A stretch of DNA of 64,000 nucleotides from Myxococcota bacterium (GTDB taxonomy: Bacteria; Myxococcota_A; UBA796; GCA-2862545), in assembly GCA_039208735.1 (NCBI GenBank), contig JBCCQY010000004.1, positions 1 through 64,000 of the forward strand, read 5' to 3'. Of the stretch, positions 1 through 10,327 are shown piece after piece. The notes beneath the pieces are model-generated. The model worked only from the letters and a program-made list of their open reading frames with translations. It did not search any database and was not told the DNA's origin. Position 1 is the first letter of the stretch, and each line of letters begins with the position of its first letter. Both the position numbers and the translations under genes were made by a program.

Positions 1-127
1 GCCAAAAGCTGGATTATTGATACACGAGTGCTCGCTTATCCTCGGAATTCCCCAGCGCTTTCCACAGTCGACGGAAACACGAGTTGCATTCACGAGCCGG
101 GTTCGGAAAATGGCTTGGGGGAGTGCG

Positions 128-1183
128 ATGGCCCGTGAGGAGCTGATCCGGGTCCTTCGCGAGGCGCCGGAGCGTTTGGCGGAGGTGGCCGGGGGACGAG
201 TGGACCTTCGGGGAGCCACGCTTCGGGGCCTGGCCCTCACCGGGATCGACTTCCGCGGTGCAGACCTGCGCGGCGTCGACTGGACGGGAAGTTCATTGCT
301 CCGTTGCAACTTCTACGGGATCGAAGGGGCAGGTTCCAATTTCTCGCAGGTCGACGCACGGGGGGCGGTATTCACCGACTCAGGACTGGTCGATGCGCGG
401 TTTGACGGTGCCAGCCTCATCGGATCGTCGCTGGTGGGTAGCCACCTTGGGAACGCTTCGTTTCGCGGGGCAGACCTCTGCATCTGCAACTTGGGCAACG
501 CGCGACTCGATCGCACGGACTTCACCCAGGCGAAGGTCTTCGACACGGCCTTTGACAACCTCGACTTGTCAGGCGCGATGCTCGTCGACCTCGATTACCA
601 GGGGCCTTGTGACGTGGGCTACACGACCCTGGTGCGCACGGCGCAGAACGCCGATCCGGGTACTCAAGCGATGGTCGAGACGTTCCTCCGTGGGTGCGGT
701 CTCGACGAAAGCGGCATCGAGGCCTTTCGCCGGCTGGTGACGGAGCCTGCCCAGTGGTTCAACGCCTTCATCTCGTACTCGCACGACGATGCGGCGTTTG
801 CCCATCGCCTGTACCGCTGGCTGCAGAGTCGTGGTGTGCGCTGCTGGCTTGATCAGCACGAGTTGTCCGCGGGAGCCCCGTTGCTCGATGCCGTGAACCG
901 AGGCGTGCACCTGGCCGACAAACTCCTGCTGTGCTGCTCGCAGCCCGCCCTGAGCAGTTGGTGGGTGCAGGACGAGGTGCAGAAGGCCATCGACGATGAA
1001 CGGCGGAGCGGGGACCGCAAGATCATCCCGCTCGATCTGGATGGACATCTGCACGATTGGGACCACGGCCTTGCGTCGGCGGTGCGAAGCCGCGTGGCGG
1101 TGGACTTTCGCCAGTGGGAGCAGCCCGGGAAGTTCGACGCGGCAGGGACGATGCTCCTGCGCGCGCTGAAGCCGGACGCTTAG
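128..1183 (+). CDS. Pentapeptide-repeat protein with C-terminal TIR (TIR_2-like) domain
   Basis: A(D/N)Lxx repeats (LRGADLRG, FRGADL); TIR motifs AFISYSHDD, RCWLDQHEL, SWWVQDEV. ATG128 chosen over the upstream start. Confidence 0.85.
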   Translation: MAREELIRVLREAPERLAEVAGGRVDLRGATLRGLALTGIDFRGADLRGVDWTGSSLLRCNFYGIEGAGSNFSQVDARGAVFTDSGLVDARFDGASLIGSSLVGSHLGNASFRGADLCICNLGNARLDRTDFTQAKVFDTAFDNLDLSGAMLVDLDYQGPCDVGYTTLVRTAQNADPGTQAMVETFLRGCGLDESGIEAFRRLVTEPAQWFNAFISYSHDDAAFAHRLYRWLQSRGVRCWLDQHELSAGAPLLDAVNRGVHLADKLLLCCSQPALSSWWVQDEVQKAIDDERRSGDRKIIPLDLDGHLHDWDHGLASAVRSRVAVDFRQWEQPGKFDAAGTMLLRALKPDA

Positions 1184-2547
1184 ATGTGAACCGTTTGGCC
1201 CATGCCTTGGGCCACCGCCTCATACATCGCCTCGCCGAACGTCGGGTGGGCGTGCACCGCGTGCAGCACCTCGTCGACGGTGAGTTCGGCCGATCGGGCG
1301 AGGATGAATTCCTGGATCATCTCGGTGGCTTCGTAGCCTACGATGTGCGCACCTACGATTTCGCCGTGGGGCTCGCCGATGAGAACCTTCACGAAGCCCT
1401 CGGGCTCGTTGGCCCCTTGGGCCTTGCCGTTGGCGAGGAACGGGAATTTACCCACCTTGTAGGCGATGCCCTGGGCCTTCGCCTCTTTTTCGGTGAGGCC
1501 GACTCGGGCAACTTGCGGCTGGCAGTAGGTGCACGAGGGGATGTTGGTGTAGTCCAGATCGGGCACGGGGTGTCCGGCGATGCGCTCGACACACATCTCC
1601 CCTTGGCGGGTGGCGGTGTGAGCGAGGCCCCCGTAGGGGGTCACATCTCCAACCGCGTAGATGCTGGGTACGTTCGTACGCAGTGCACTGTCGACCACGA
1701 TGAAGCCACGGTCGGTCTTCACGCCGAGTTCTTCGAGTCCGATGCCCGCGGTGTTCGGGACGATGCCCAAGGCCACGAGAACCAAGCTGGCCCGGAGTTC
1801 ACTTCCGTCCTTGAGGGTCACCACCGTGCCGTCGCCAGTGTTCTGCGCCTTTTCGACGAAGGTGCCGAGCTTGAACTCGATACCCGCCTTGGCGAGGTAC
1901 TTGCGAGCTTCCTTGGCCACATCTGCGTCTTCACGGGGCAGGATCTCGTCGAGGCCTTCGACCACGGTGACCTTGGCCCCCATCGCCGACCAAAAGTAGG
2001 CGAACTCGAGGCCGATGGCGCCGGCACCAAGAATCGTCACCGACTCGGGTTGCACGTCCCGCACGATGGCTTCGCGGTAGGACAGGATGCGGTCGCCGTC
2101 GAGTTCGATGCCGGGGAAGGTCTTGGCCCGGGCACCCGTCGCCACGATGATGTGGTTCGCGGTCAGCACCTGATCACCGACGGTGACCTGGTTGGCCCCG
2201 GTGATCCGGGCTTCGCCGGCGATGGAGTGCACGCCATACTTCTTGAACAAGCCGCCGACGCCACGTTCGTGCCGCTTGGCGACTTTTCGGCTTCGCTCGA
2301 TGACCTTTGCGAAGTCGATGCTCAGCGTTCCCGCCGACAGCCCAAACTCATCGGCGCGCTCGATGTTGTGGGCGAGTTCTGCCGTCTTGAGCAGTGCCTT
2401 ACTTGGGATGCAGCCCCAATTGAGGCAGACGCCGCCAAGCAGCTCTTTTTCGATGCAGGCGATGCGCAGACCAAGCTGCGCGCCACGGATGGCCGCCGGG
2501 TACCCGCCGGGCCCCGCGCCGACCACAATCACGTCGTAATCAGCCAA
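1180..2547 (-). CDS. lpdA: Dihydrolipoamide dehydrogenase (E3)
   Basis: GAGPGG FAD motif, GGVCLNWGCIPSK redox disulfide, HAHPTFGE C-terminal motif. Confidence 0.97.
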   Translation of the reverse strand: MADYDVIVVGAGPGGYPAAIRGAQLGLRIACIEKELLGGVCLNWGCIPSKALLKTAELAHNIERADEFGLSAGTLSIDFAKVIERSRKVAKRHERGVGGLFKKYGVHSIAGEARITGANQVTVGDQVLTANHIIVATGARAKTFPGIELDGDRILSYREAIVRDVQPESVTILGAGAIGLEFAYFWSAMGAKVTVVEGLDEILPREDADVAKEARKYLAKAGIEFKLGTFVEKAQNTGDGTVVTLKDGSELRASLVLVALGIVPNTAGIGLEELGVKTDRGFIVVDSALRTNVPSIYAVGDVTPYGGLAHTATRQGEMCVERIAGHPVPDLDYTNIPSCTYCQPQVARVGLTEKEAKAQGIAYKVGKFPFLANGKAQGANEPEGFVKVLIGEPHGEIVGAHIVGYEATEMIQEFILARSAELTVDEVLHAVHAHPTFGEAMYEAVAQGMGQTVHI

Positions 2548-2562
2548 GATCGTCCTCTAACG

Positions 2563-3909
2563 CTAGAGATCAGGATGGAGGGCGAGCCACGGGTTCTCGA
2601 CGTACTTCCGCAGGGTCTGCAGGAACTGCGCGCCGACTGCACCATCGATGACGCGATGGTCGCAGGTCATCGTGGCCTTCATCCGCCAACCGGTGGTCAG
2701 TTCGCCATCGACCACTACAGGGACCTGTTCGATGCCGCCTACGGCCAGAATCGCTGACTCGGGCGGATTGATGATCGCCGTGAAGTGCTCGATGCCGAAC
2801 ATCCCGAGGTTCGAGATGGTGAACGTTGCCCCCGTGTACTCCTCGGGAGCCAGGCGCATCGCACGCGCCCGGCCCGCGAGTTCACGAACCTCCGTAGCGA
2901 CCTCGGAGAGGGGTTTGAAGTCTGCGTTGCGCACGATGGGCGTGATCAAGCCCTGATCGATGGCCACGGCGACTCCGATGTCCACCCGCCCATGCTGGGT
3001 GATGGATTGGTCGCTCCACGACGCATTGACCTCGGGATGATCGACGAGCGCCCTGGCGACCGCCTTGATCAGGATGTCGTTGTAGCTGATCTTGACGTCG
3101 GGCAGCTGGACCTTGAGCGCCTTGCGCATGTCCACGAAGCCCTGCATGTCGTAGTTGACCGTCAGATAGAACGCCGGAATCTCGGTAAATGCGAGCAGGC
3201 GCTTGGCGATGGTCTTGCGCATCGGCGAGTTGCGAATCACCGCTTCCTGAAGCGTGGGCACGTTCTTCGAACGGACCGGCCCGCCAGGGGCCTTGTCGAC
3301 GTCGGCGCGCGTGATGCGACCGCCGGGACCAGTGCCCGAAAGCCTGCCTAGATCGACGCCCTTTTCCGTGGCGACCTTGCGCGCCAACGGCGAGGCGAGC
3401 ACCCGGGTCGCGCCGCCTTCACTGGCGAACCGCAGGTCGCCCGGCGGTTCGGCGAAGTCCATCGACAATGGCTGGCCCTGCCACGACCGCGTGATGTCGG
3501 TGGTCACGCCGTTGCTGACGGGAGCAACCGGAGCGGACGCCGCGGGAGTAGGAGCGGGGGCGGCCGGCACCGGAGCCGGGGCTTCGGCAGGAGCGGACTC
3601 CCCTCCTCCTTCTGCGAGGCTCGCCTTGCGCTGTTCAAACTCGGCGAGGAGCGCGCTAACGTCCTCGTCCGCACTCTGGCCCACGATCGCGATGGGGAAG
3701 CCCGGCGGCACTTCATCGCCTTCGGCAATGAGGTGCTTGAGCATGACGCCGGGATCGAAGATCTCGGCATCCATGTTCGCCTTGTCGGTGCCGACCTCGG
3801 CGACCACCGCACTCGATTCGAAGGATGCGCCTTCGGCGATCCTCCACTCGACGAGGGTGCCCACCTCCATCGTGGGGGAAATCGATGGCATCTCGTAGAA
3901 TTCAGCCAT
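2563..3909 (-). CDS. pdhC: Pyruvate dehydrogenase E2, dihydrolipoamide acetyltransferase
   Basis: Lipoyl TDKA, ASPLARK/GTGPGGRI E3-binding domain, DHRVIDG catalytic motif. Confidence 0.95.
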   Translation of the reverse strand: MAEFYEMPSISPTMEVGTLVEWRIAEGASFESSAVVAEVGTDKANMDAEIFDPGVMLKHLIAEGDEVPPGFPIAIVGQSADEDVSALLAEFEQRKASLAEGGGESAPAEAPAPVPAAPAPTPAASAPVAPVSNGVTTDITRSWQGQPLSMDFAEPPGDLRFASEGGATRVLASPLARKVATEKGVDLGRLSGTGPGGRITRADVDKAPGGPVRSKNVPTLQEAVIRNSPMRKTIAKRLLAFTEIPAFYLTVNYDMQGFVDMRKALKVQLPDVKISYNDILIKAVARALVDHPEVNASWSDQSITQHGRVDIGVAVAIDQGLITPIVRNADFKPLSEVATEVRELAGRARAMRLAPEEYTGATFTISNLGMFGIEHFTAIINPPESAILAVGGIEQVPVVVDGELTTGWRMKATMTCDHRVIDGAVGAQFLQTLRKYVENPWLALHPDL

Positions 3910-3918
3910 GGACGGCTC

Positions 3919-4899
3919 CTACCGGTGAACGACCGTCCGCACAGCATCGATCACACGATCGACCGACGGCGTGACGAGTTGTTCGAGGTTGGTCGCATAG
4001 GGTTGCGGCACGTCGCGATTGCACACCCGAAGGACGGGCGCATCGAGCTGGTCGAAGCACGCTTCTTGCACGCGGGCGACGATTTCGGCTCCGACACCCG
4101 CGAACGGGAAGCCCTCTTGCACCACCACCATCCGGTGGGTCTTGGTGACCGCGGAATACAGGGCTTTCTCGTCGAGCGGGCGGATGGTGCGCAGGTCCAT
4201 GACCTGGGCCGAAATCCGATGCTCCTTTTCGAGCTTCTCGGCCGCCTGGAGGCAGGTGTGGACCTGCTTGTTCCAGGTGACCAAGGTCACATCCGTGCCT
4301 TCGCGCTTGATCTTCGACTCGCCCAAAGGAATGAGGAATTCCTCGTCGGGAACTTCGCCCTTGGCTCCGTACGCAAGTTCGGATTCCATGAAGACAATCG
4401 GGTTGTCGTCGCGAATCGCCGTCTTGAGGAGTCCGTAGGCATCGGCGGGATCGGAGGTCGAGACCACCTTGAGGCCAGGGAAGTGGGCGTAGATCGATTC
4501 AAGGGCCTGACTGTGTTGGCTGCCCAGGTTCTCGGCGGCTCCCGTGGGACCGCGGAACACGATGGGCACCGCATAGCTCCCGGCCGTCATTTGGTAGATT
4601 TTCGCTGCGTTGTTGACGATCTGGTCGTACGCGACGAGCGAGAAGTTCCAGGTCATCAGCTCCACGATGGGTCGCAAGCCGGCCATCGCGGCCCCGATAC
4701 CCAGGCCGGCGAAGCCGTTCTCGGCGATGGGGGTGTCGATGACGCGGCGCTCTCCAAACTCCTGGAGCATGCCCTGCGAGACTTTGTAGGCGCCGTTGTA
4801 TTGCGCTACTTCCTCGCCCATGAGGAAGACGCGCTCGTCGCGGCGCATCTCCTCGGTCATCGCGCGGCGCAAGGCCTCGCGAAGCTGAAGCTCGGCCAT
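3919..4899 (-). CDS. pdhB: Pyruvate dehydrogenase E1 beta subunit
   Basis: GEEVAQYNGAYK, DTPIAE, QHSQ, DLRTIRPLD. Confidence 0.96.
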   Translation of the reverse strand: MAELQLREALRRAMTEEMRRDERVFLMGEEVAQYNGAYKVSQGMLQEFGERRVIDTPIAENGFAGLGIGAAMAGLRPIVELMTWNFSLVAYDQIVNNAAKIYQMTAGSYAVPIVFRGPTGAAENLGSQHSQALESIYAHFPGLKVVSTSDPADAYGLLKTAIRDDNPIVFMESELAYGAKGEVPDEEFLIPLGESKIKREGTDVTLVTWNKQVHTCLQAAEKLEKEHRISAQVMDLRTIRPLDEKALYSAVTKTHRMVVVQEGFPFAGVGAEIVARVQEACFDQLDAPVLRVCNRDVPQPYATNLEQLVTPSVDRVIDAVRTVVHR

Positions 4900-5939
4900 C
4901 AGGACTCCGACGGCTTGTAGGTGTAGTCGTAGAGCTTGCTCGGATCGGGTGGGTCCGATTGCTCCGCGAAGGTGTAGGCATCTTGCGCGATCGACTCGAT
5001 CTCGCTCTTGATGGCCTCGAAATCGGACTCGGGGATTCCGAACTGGCTCGACAGCTGCTGCATCGCGAGCTTGAGGGAGTCTTGCTCCTTCTTTTGTTCG
5101 AGTTCCCCTTCCTTACGGTACTTCGCGGGGTCCGACATCGAGTGACCGCGGTAGCGATACGTCACGGCTTCGACGATGACCGGGCCCTTGCCCGATCGTG
5201 CGTGGTCCACCGCCGCCTTGATGTTGCGGTAGACGTCGACCACATCGAAGGCTTCGAACTGCCATCGCTTCATGCCCACGCCATCGCCGCGACGCGACAT
5301 GTCGGTGAGGAAGGACTGGCGTTCGAGGCTCGTGCCCATCGCGTAGTAGTTGTTCTCGACGACGTACACGGCGGGCAGCGCCCACAACTGCGACAGCGCC
5401 AGGGCCTCGAAGAACGCGCCCTGCTGGGCCGCTCCATCGCCGAGGAAGCAAAGCGAAACCGTATTATCGCTGCGATACTGCGATGCGAAGGCGGCTCCTG
5501 CCGCGAGCGGGACGTGGCCCCCCACGATGCCGAAGCCTCCAAAGAAGTTGTGCTCGGCCGAGCCCATGTGCATCGAACCGCCGATGCCGTGGGTGACACC
5601 CGAGGCCTTCCCGAACAGCTCCGCCATCACCGCACGAGGCGTGACGCCGGCTGCGATCGCGTGTCCGTGGTCGCGGTACGCGGTGACGATCGTGTCGGAT
5701 GCTTCGAGCGCCGCGATCGCGCCGACCGCGACCGCTTCCTGCCCGATGTAAAGGTGGCAGAAGCCAAGGATCTTGCGCTGGGTATACGCCTTTGCAGCGA
5801 GTTCCTCGACCCGTCGGATCAAGGCCATCTGCTTGTACCAAGCGAGCAACTGTTCGCGGCTCACTTCGATCGCGTCCCTCTCGGGAGGCGCGAGCGTCGC
5901 CGCGGCGGATTCGAGGTTGGATGCGGGATCAGCCGCCAT
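4899..5939 (-). CDS. pdhA: Pyruvate dehydrogenase E1 alpha subunit
   Basis: GFCHLYIGQEA, GDGA...ENN TPP motif, RYRGHSMSDP. Confidence 0.96.
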   Translation of the reverse strand: MAADPASNLESAAATLAPPERDAIEVSREQLLAWYKQMALIRRVEELAAKAYTQRKILGFCHLYIGQEAVAVGAIAALEASDTIVTAYRDHGHAIAAGVTPRAVMAELFGKASGVTHGIGGSMHMGSAEHNFFGGFGIVGGHVPLAAGAAFASQYRSDNTVSLCFLGDGAAQQGAFFEALALSQLWALPAVYVVENNYYAMGTSLERQSFLTDMSRRGDGVGMKRWQFEAFDVVDVYRNIKAAVDHARSGKGPVIVEAVTYRYRGHSMSDPAKYRKEGELEQKKEQDSLKLAMQQLSSQFGIPESDFEAIKSEIESIAQDAYTFAEQSDPPDPSKLYDYTYKPSES

Positions 5940-5995
5940 GAAATGCTCCACGCGCGTTCGTCCCAGGGGTACCACAGTCCACCCACGGTTGCCCA

Positions 5996-7933
5996 GTGGG
6001 GTGGCGGGGGCGTGGCAAAGGGGTATGGCGCCTGAACACGTCGCCCGGGTGGAGGGATCGCGTGGGGGAACAGGATTGGGTTGCGCTCCTGGCGGCAGAA
6101 GACGTGCAGACGTTCAATGCCACCCGCAGCGAACGGACGCGGATCGACCTTTTTGCCGCGGACCTTCCCGAAAAGAAGCTGACCGGAGCGGATCTCACAA
6201 GAGTGAAACTCGAAAAAGCTGATTTGACGGGAAGTGATCTGACAGACGCGATCCTACGGGAAGCGGATTTGTCAGGCATTGATGGCAGTGGAATGAAACT
6301 CGCCGATGTGATCGCGCATCGAGCGAACTTTCGGGAGGCCTGGCTCGACGGCGTGGACCTGTCGGGGGCGGATTTTACGCAGTCGACGTTTGCCGGCGCG
6401 AATTTAAGTGGATCGAAGGGGACCTACATCCGCTTCAGCCAGGCGAAGCTTCGCGACGTGGATGCGTCAGGCGCGGTGTGGCCCGATGTCGACCTGGCCG
6501 AAGCCAAACTGCACCAGGCGAAGCTCGGCAAGGCCGATCTGCACAATGCAGATTTTACCGGTGCTTCGGGAGCCGAAGCCGACTTTTCGGAGGCCAACCT
6601 CGACAACTCCGTTGCGACGGAAGCGAAGTTTCCCGGAGGCAGGTTCGTCGGCGCGCGGCTTGGGCAGGCCCGTTGGGTCCGCGCGAACTTGGCCAATGCC
6701 GACCTGACGGGAGCGGACCTTTCGGCAGCCGACCTTTCGCAAGCCAATCTTTCAGGGGCGAACCTGACGAATGCTAAGCTTTCGGGCGCGGTCCTCGCCG
6801 ATGCGAACCTACAGGACGCAGTGCTTGACGGGGCCGACTTCACCGCCGCCGATCTGTCGGGCCTCGATCCCATTGACCTGGGTCTGCCCGATGAGGTCGT
6901 CGAGACGCTGGTTGCGAAGGGGGTGCCCTACAACGAAGACGCCCCGTGGACGTACCGTGCCCTTTCGGTGGCCCGTCGCGGCGACCGCGTCGCGACGGTG
7001 TGGGTCAACCTGGACGGCGAAGAGCTGCGTTCCGCTCGTTGGGCGGTCCTCAAGGGCGGCGTCTTGGCTCACGGGGTGGTTCCGGTGCCGGCCAACGCGA
7101 TCGTCGATCTGCAGGTGACGCCGGCGGGTCCCGCTGCAGATGATGGGGACTTTCTCATCGTCGTGGTTCGGGATCGCACGGAAGGAACCGTGCTTCAGTT
7201 GTACCCGTTGGCCTCGGGCGCCGACGGGACCGAGCCGGGGCTACGACCTCCGCGCAGCGGACCGTTGGGCTACCGGCTCCTCTCTCGGCCGGTGGTCAAG
7301 GGAGGCGATGCACCGCGGCTGATCGGGATCGCGGAGCGCGGGCCCACCTTGGTGATCCACGACCTGCTGTCCGATCCGCCTGAACCGGTCGGGTCGTCGA
7401 CGGTCAAGACGGCGCAACGCTTTCTCCCTGGTCAACCCGTCATTTGGTGCAAGAGCGGGGTCGTCATGGAGGTGCAGGGAAGTCGTCCGGGGCCTCCTCG
7501 TTCGCTGCCCGACGGGTTTTCTGACCAGCGGCGAGGGGTCGTTGCACCCGTCGATACGCGGGAGGGCTTGCAGGCGCTGTGGGTTGAACCGAAGAAGCGC
7601 AACATCCCCGGGGGGCTGCGCACCGTGGCCATCGGACCGCGTCACGCTCCCGAACCCACCGTCCTGGGCACCATGGCCGGCGTGGTGGCGCTCGATACCG
7701 CGCCTGAGGAAGGTGGGGTCAGGGTGGTCTGGGCGGAGGCAGGCGACGATGGGGAAGGTCCCGTGCTGGTGAAGACCGTTCGGGTGCCCGATGGCGAGCC
7801 CACGTTCCTCGATGTTCCCGATGATGCCGTGGCGATTTACACCGATATGGGAGTGGCTGCGTTTGTGATGCTTTCGGGTGAGCTACGCATCCTCGATCCC
7901 GCTACGGGCACTGTGCTCGCGACGGTGGACTGA
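5996..7933 (+). CDS. Long pentapeptide-repeat protein with uncharacterised beta-rich C-terminal half
   Basis: About 250 aa of A(D/N)L(S/T)G repeats, then a non-repeat domain; start uncertain. Confidence 0.85.
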   Translation: MGWRGRGKGVWRLNTSPGWRDRVGEQDWVALLAAEDVQTFNATRSERTRIDLFAADLPEKKLTGADLTRVKLEKADLTGSDLTDAILREADLSGIDGSGMKLADVIAHRANFREAWLDGVDLSGADFTQSTFAGANLSGSKGTYIRFSQAKLRDVDASGAVWPDVDLAEAKLHQAKLGKADLHNADFTGASGAEADFSEANLDNSVATEAKFPGGRFVGARLGQARWVRANLANADLTGADLSAADLSQANLSGANLTNAKLSGAVLADANLQDAVLDGADFTAADLSGLDPIDLGLPDEVVETLVAKGVPYNEDAPWTYRALSVARRGDRVATVWVNLDGEELRSARWAVLKGGVLAHGVVPVPANAIVDLQVTPAGPAADDGDFLIVVVRDRTEGTVLQLYPLASGADGTEPGLRPPRSGPLGYRLLSRPVVKGGDAPRLIGIAERGPTLVIHDLLSDPPEPVGSSTVKTAQRFLPGQPVIWCKSGVVMEVQGSRPGPPRSLPDGFSDQRRGVVAPVDTREGLQALWVEPKKRNIPGGLRTVAIGPRHAPEPTVLGTMAGVVALDTAPEEGGVRVVWAEAGDDGEGPVLVKTVRVPDGEPTFLDVPDDAVAIYTDMGVAAFVMLSGELRILDPATGTVLATVD

Positions 7934-7992
7934 ACGGTTGCCCGGTAGACGGTTAAGTGCGAGCTGACTCGCCGAACCACAGGACGGACATC

Positions 7993-8625
7993 GTGGCGAC
8001 AGAGGACCCCTGGGACGCGCCGGATCCTGCGAAGCTCCGCATTACCGCCTCGCCCACGACCCGCCCCCTCCCCAGGCCTCCCGTTCACGAACGCCGGGGG
8101 CCGACCGCTCCGCCGCCTCACCATGCGTCACCAAGGCCCGAACACGGGGTGATCGACGAGGCCGCCGTCGAAGCTCCGCCCATCCCGCGCCCCGAGCAGC
8201 CTCAAGCGCCCAAGCCCGCCATCATCGACACTCGCGTGTCGCAGGGCCAGGCTCCGGTTCCCATGGTGGGAGGGTTCGATGACGCGAATTGGCGAGACGT
8301 CGATGGCACGTTGCCCAAGCCTCCACCGGTGCGTCCGTGGGCGCGCAACGCGGGCATCACGCTAGGGGTCATCGCTTCGCTCGTCATTTTGATCGCGATC
8401 GGTTCGGTGCTGGTGACGGGGCTCTTCCGTGCGATTCAGGATCCAGCCGAGCCGTCAGCCGACGAGCCCATGCCGGGAGCCGAGGCGCGTGTTGAGCCAA
8501 AGGCCTTCCCCGACCCTGTCGAGACCAGCATCGTCGATGAGGACGAGGTGCCGGTCTATGTCGAAGAACCCCCCGAGGAGAACCCCTATGGGGAGGAGGA
8601 AGAAGGGTCTGAGCAGCGGCTCTAA
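7993..8625 (+). CDS. Hypothetical Pro-rich single-pass membrane protein
   Basis: Pro-rich N-terminus, hydrophobic GITLGVIASLVILIAIGSVLV, acidic tail; AGGA before GTG7993. Confidence 0.65.
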   Translation: MATEDPWDAPDPAKLRITASPTTRPLPRPPVHERRGPTAPPPHHASPRPEHGVIDEAAVEAPPIPRPEQPQAPKPAIIDTRVSQGQAPVPMVGGFDDANWRDVDGTLPKPPPVRPWARNAGITLGVIASLVILIAIGSVLVTGLFRAIQDPAEPSADEPMPGAEARVEPKAFPDPVETSIVDEDEVPVYVEEPPEENPYGEEEEGSEQRL

Positions 8626-9224
8626 GCGGCTCGGAATCGATCAAGATCTGCGGCGGTGGCTTTGTGAGGCCCAAGTTCGACCGGCCAATCGCGTTTGTGA
8701 AAGGCCAGATCGGGTGCCGACAACCCGTCGGGATCGGCCACGAAGAACCTCACGTGTTCGGGCGCGATTTCGCTCAGCAGTTGTGCCGCTTTGCGCTTGA
8801 TGACGAAGACTTCGTTGAGGTGACCATCCTCAAGCTGGGCGAGCGCGGCTTCCCCACACCGCAGCTGAAACGCCACCCCACTCGAGACGTCCACCTCTCC
8901 GATGTGGCGGTCCGGCTTGACGAAGAAGAACCGCTGGCCTCGACCGGGGTTGACCCGATTGCCCAAGATGAGGTTGCGGGCGCGCAGGCGCCGCTGGACC
9001 ACTTCGGCTTTGGCCTGTTGTCGGAGACGCTCTGCCATCCGAGCCGCTTGATCAGCCTCGCGGCGTTGTCGTTCGGCTTCGGCAGCTTCACGCTCCTGTT
9101 CCTTCTTTCGCTTTCGAGAGCCCTGTTGCTGTTTGCGCTCCGCCTTCAGCTCGCGATCGAGCTTTCGCTTGCGCTTCTTGTCAACGAGGCCCTTGGCCAA
9201 CAGTTGGTCCCGCAACGATGACAC
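8622..9224 (-). CDS. DUF2058-like (YaiL-like) protein
   Basis: N-terminal SLRDQLLAKGLVD signature followed by a charged coiled coil. Confidence 0.7.
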   Translation of the reverse strand: MSSLRDQLLAKGLVDKKRKRKLDRELKAERKQQQGSRKRKKEQEREAAEAERQRREADQAARMAERLRQQAKAEVVQRRLRARNLILGNRVNPGRGQRFFFVKPDRHIGEVDVSSGVAFQLRCGEAALAQLEDGHLNEVFVIKRKAAQLLSEIAPEHVRFFVADPDGLSAPDLAFHKRDWPVELGPHKATAADLDRFRAA

Positions 9225-9259
9225 CGCACCCTCCGTCGAACGATCGTAGCACTGACGAA

Positions 9260-10327
9260 GTGGATCTTGGGCCCATCGAGGTGGGTCGAACGATCGAACG
9301 GCGCGACGCACAGCTCGGGCACCACGCCGGGCAGTGGTGGGTCGTAGGGGGCCGGAGCGATGAGGGGGTTCCGCTCGGGTGTGTCGAGACCGTCACCCCG
9401 ACCGGGGTGGAACCCGGACCTACGTTACCGCAGGACTGGCATCCGATGGCGGTCTGTGAGGCCGACGGTTCGTTATGGGCGCTCGGCGGGACCCGACGCC
9501 CCCATGAACCGGTCGCCACGGTGCGAATTCTTGATGCGGAAGCTGGTGAATGGGCTCCCGGACCTCGGTTGCCTCGCCCCTTACGGTCAGCCGCGGTCTG
9601 GGTCTTGCCACAAGGCATTGTCGTGGCGGGAGGTCTAGGACTAGGAGCGGCCTTCGGGCCAGCGGAATGGCTCCGGGAGGCCTGGCTGCTCGAGACGGGG
9701 GACCTAAACGCTCGCTGGCGGCCGATTGCGCGACTCCCCGAGCTGCGAGCAGGCGGCGGGGCGCGGCTGGGACCTCCGGGAACGGCGGTTTGGGTCGGAG
9801 GGCGAACCCCCGAAGGCGATGCCGACGAGATGCTGGTGTTGGACCTGGCTGCAGACACTTGGCACCTACGCCCCTGCGGCCCGCCAGGCCTCGGGGCGCG
9901 GGGCGTTTCGACGGTGGCGGACGGTATCGTCGTCTTGGCGGGAGGCCACCGCACGGTGCCCGATACGTCGAAACGTCGTTTTGGTCCCGATCACCATCCG
10001 GTCATCGCGCGCTGCCACCGCGTCGATCCGCTGACGGGCACCGCAGCCCCCTTGCCCGATCTACCCGTGCCCCGTAGGGCCGCCACAGTTGTCCCAATCG
10101 GGCCGCAAGCGGTGCTGGTCCTGGGAGGCGAAGTCAATGGGGCGCGGCCGGGGCAGTTCACGCCCGTGGCGCAGGTCGATCGCATCGATCTCGAAGCCTG
10201 GACGGTCACCGAAGAACCACCGTTGGTCGAGCCCCGCGTGGCTCCGTTGGTCGACGTTCGGGATGGGCAGGTGTTGGTGGTCGGAGGCGGGTCTGGCCGG
10301 GTCGAGGCCCGCCGGATCGTCAGTTGA
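9260..10327 (+). CDS. Kelch-repeat beta-propeller protein
   Basis: Repeated hydrophobic-GG...W...P units (VVGG, ALGG, VAGG, WVGG, LAGG, VLGG); start uncertain. Confidence 0.8.
   Translation: MDLGPIEVGRTIERRDAQLGHHAGQWWVVGGRSDEGVPLGCVETVTPTGVEPGPTLPQDWHPMAVCEADGSLWALGGTRRPHEPVATVRILDAEAGEWAPGPRLPRPLRSAAVWVLPQGIVVAGGLGLGAAFGPAEWLREAWLLETGDLNARWRPIARLPELRAGGGARLGPPGTAVWVGGRTPEGDADEMLVLDLAADTWHLRPCGPPGLGARGVSTVADGIVVLAGGHRTVPDTSKRRFGPDHHPVIARCHRVDPLTGTAAPLPDLPVPRRAATVVPIGPQAVLVLGGEVNGARPGQFTPVAQVDRIDLEAWTVTEEPPLVEPRVAPLVDVRDGQVLVVGGGSGRVEARRIVS

Noticed and set aside
1057..6035. Long plus-strand ORFs (566, 395 and 358 aa) over the pdh operon
   Set aside because: Antisense frames typical of high-GC genes; the minus strand carries the clear motifs.
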